A DNA stretch of 64,000 nucleotides from Octopus sinensis (Eukaryota). Below the pieces are notes generated by a model. The model ran no database searches. It was given only the letters and a program-made list of their open reading frames with translations, and had not been told where the DNA came from. Shown here in pieces: positions 63,510 through 64,000 of the stretch. Each line of letters begins with the position of its first letter. Positions within the stretch are counted from its first letter, which is position 1. The stretch covers positions 29,202,001-29,266,000 of the forward strand of contig NC_043016.1 in the NCBI RefSeq assembly GCF_006345805.1, written 5' to 3'. The translations under genes were made by a program, and so were the position numbers.

Positions 63510-63772
63510 AATTTATCTAGAACTGCATCATCTAATGTATAATATTAGTATTAGTGACTGATTGTTGCTTGGCTCCCAACATATGAAAGACTTTCCAGTT
63601 GTGACCACCCAATCCTATAATTCAGACATAATGTTATAACTCAATGTTACAATATATAAATAATAAAGAAAAAAAATGCTTTAGGTAGTCTGTAAGTAGA
63701 TGTTCAAAGCAGAAGGTTGAATTTAGTTTTGTAGTGTTTAACAGGTGTAAGACAAAACATTCCTAGTCTATC

Positions 63773-64000
63773 TTAGGTAACATTCTCCGGATGCCCTGGT
63801 GGTACCCATTCCCAAAACGAATTAAGTGAACTGAAATATACAAGCAAAATCTCTGCTGCCAACAGGGGCAGAGCTGAGAGAGTATTTAGTTCCAGGAACA
63901 CAGTATAATGTGGATTAAAGATACATCTCTCTATGGATTGTGAGCTTATCTCAAGTAACAGTCTCCAAAAGATCTCTGATCCTAATTCCTTGTGGATAAT
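63773..64000 (-). CDS. Open frame running off the window end (IIHKELGSEIFWRLLLEISSQSIERCIF...), possible upstream exon
   Basis: 75 stop-free codons in unique sequence, translated by hand (absent from the ORF track because it has no start). Splice sites ambiguous. Confidence 0.25.
   Translation of the reverse strand: MIHKELGSEIFWRLLLEISSQSIERCIFNPHYTVFLELNTLSALPLLAAEILLVYFSSLNSFWEWVPPGHPENVT

Overview
This is AT-rich, microsatellite-dense animal genomic DNA. The repeat families look like Octopus/coleoid cephalopod ones, recognised from memory and not by database search. There are no prokaryotic features, CRISPR arrays, rRNA genes or intact tRNA genes. Most of the window is probably intronic sequence of a large minus-strand gene that I cannot name. 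Five small candidate exons between about 60.7 kb and 25.8 kb have canonical splice sites and join in compatible phase into one reading frame. The rest is a layered transposon record: at least four tRNA-headed SINE types with swapped 3' tails, a young 5'-truncated (GAT)n-tailed retroposon, RTE, R4/Dong-like and Penelope-like relics, four Tc1/mariner relics, two hAT MITEs with exact 8-bp TSDs, three TTAA piggyBac-like MITEs and a Helitron-like element. The best second-look items are two minimal hammerhead-ribozyme motifs, a mariner built from two inverted 5' ends, a hAT element with a ~290-bp internal palindrome that splits an RTE relic, several long fold-back sequences, an antiparallel SINE-in-SINE, and a 23-bp locally templated insertion. 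I found no evidence for a wholly new multi-gene system. Nearly all long ORFs in the supplied track are microsatellite or SINE artefacts.
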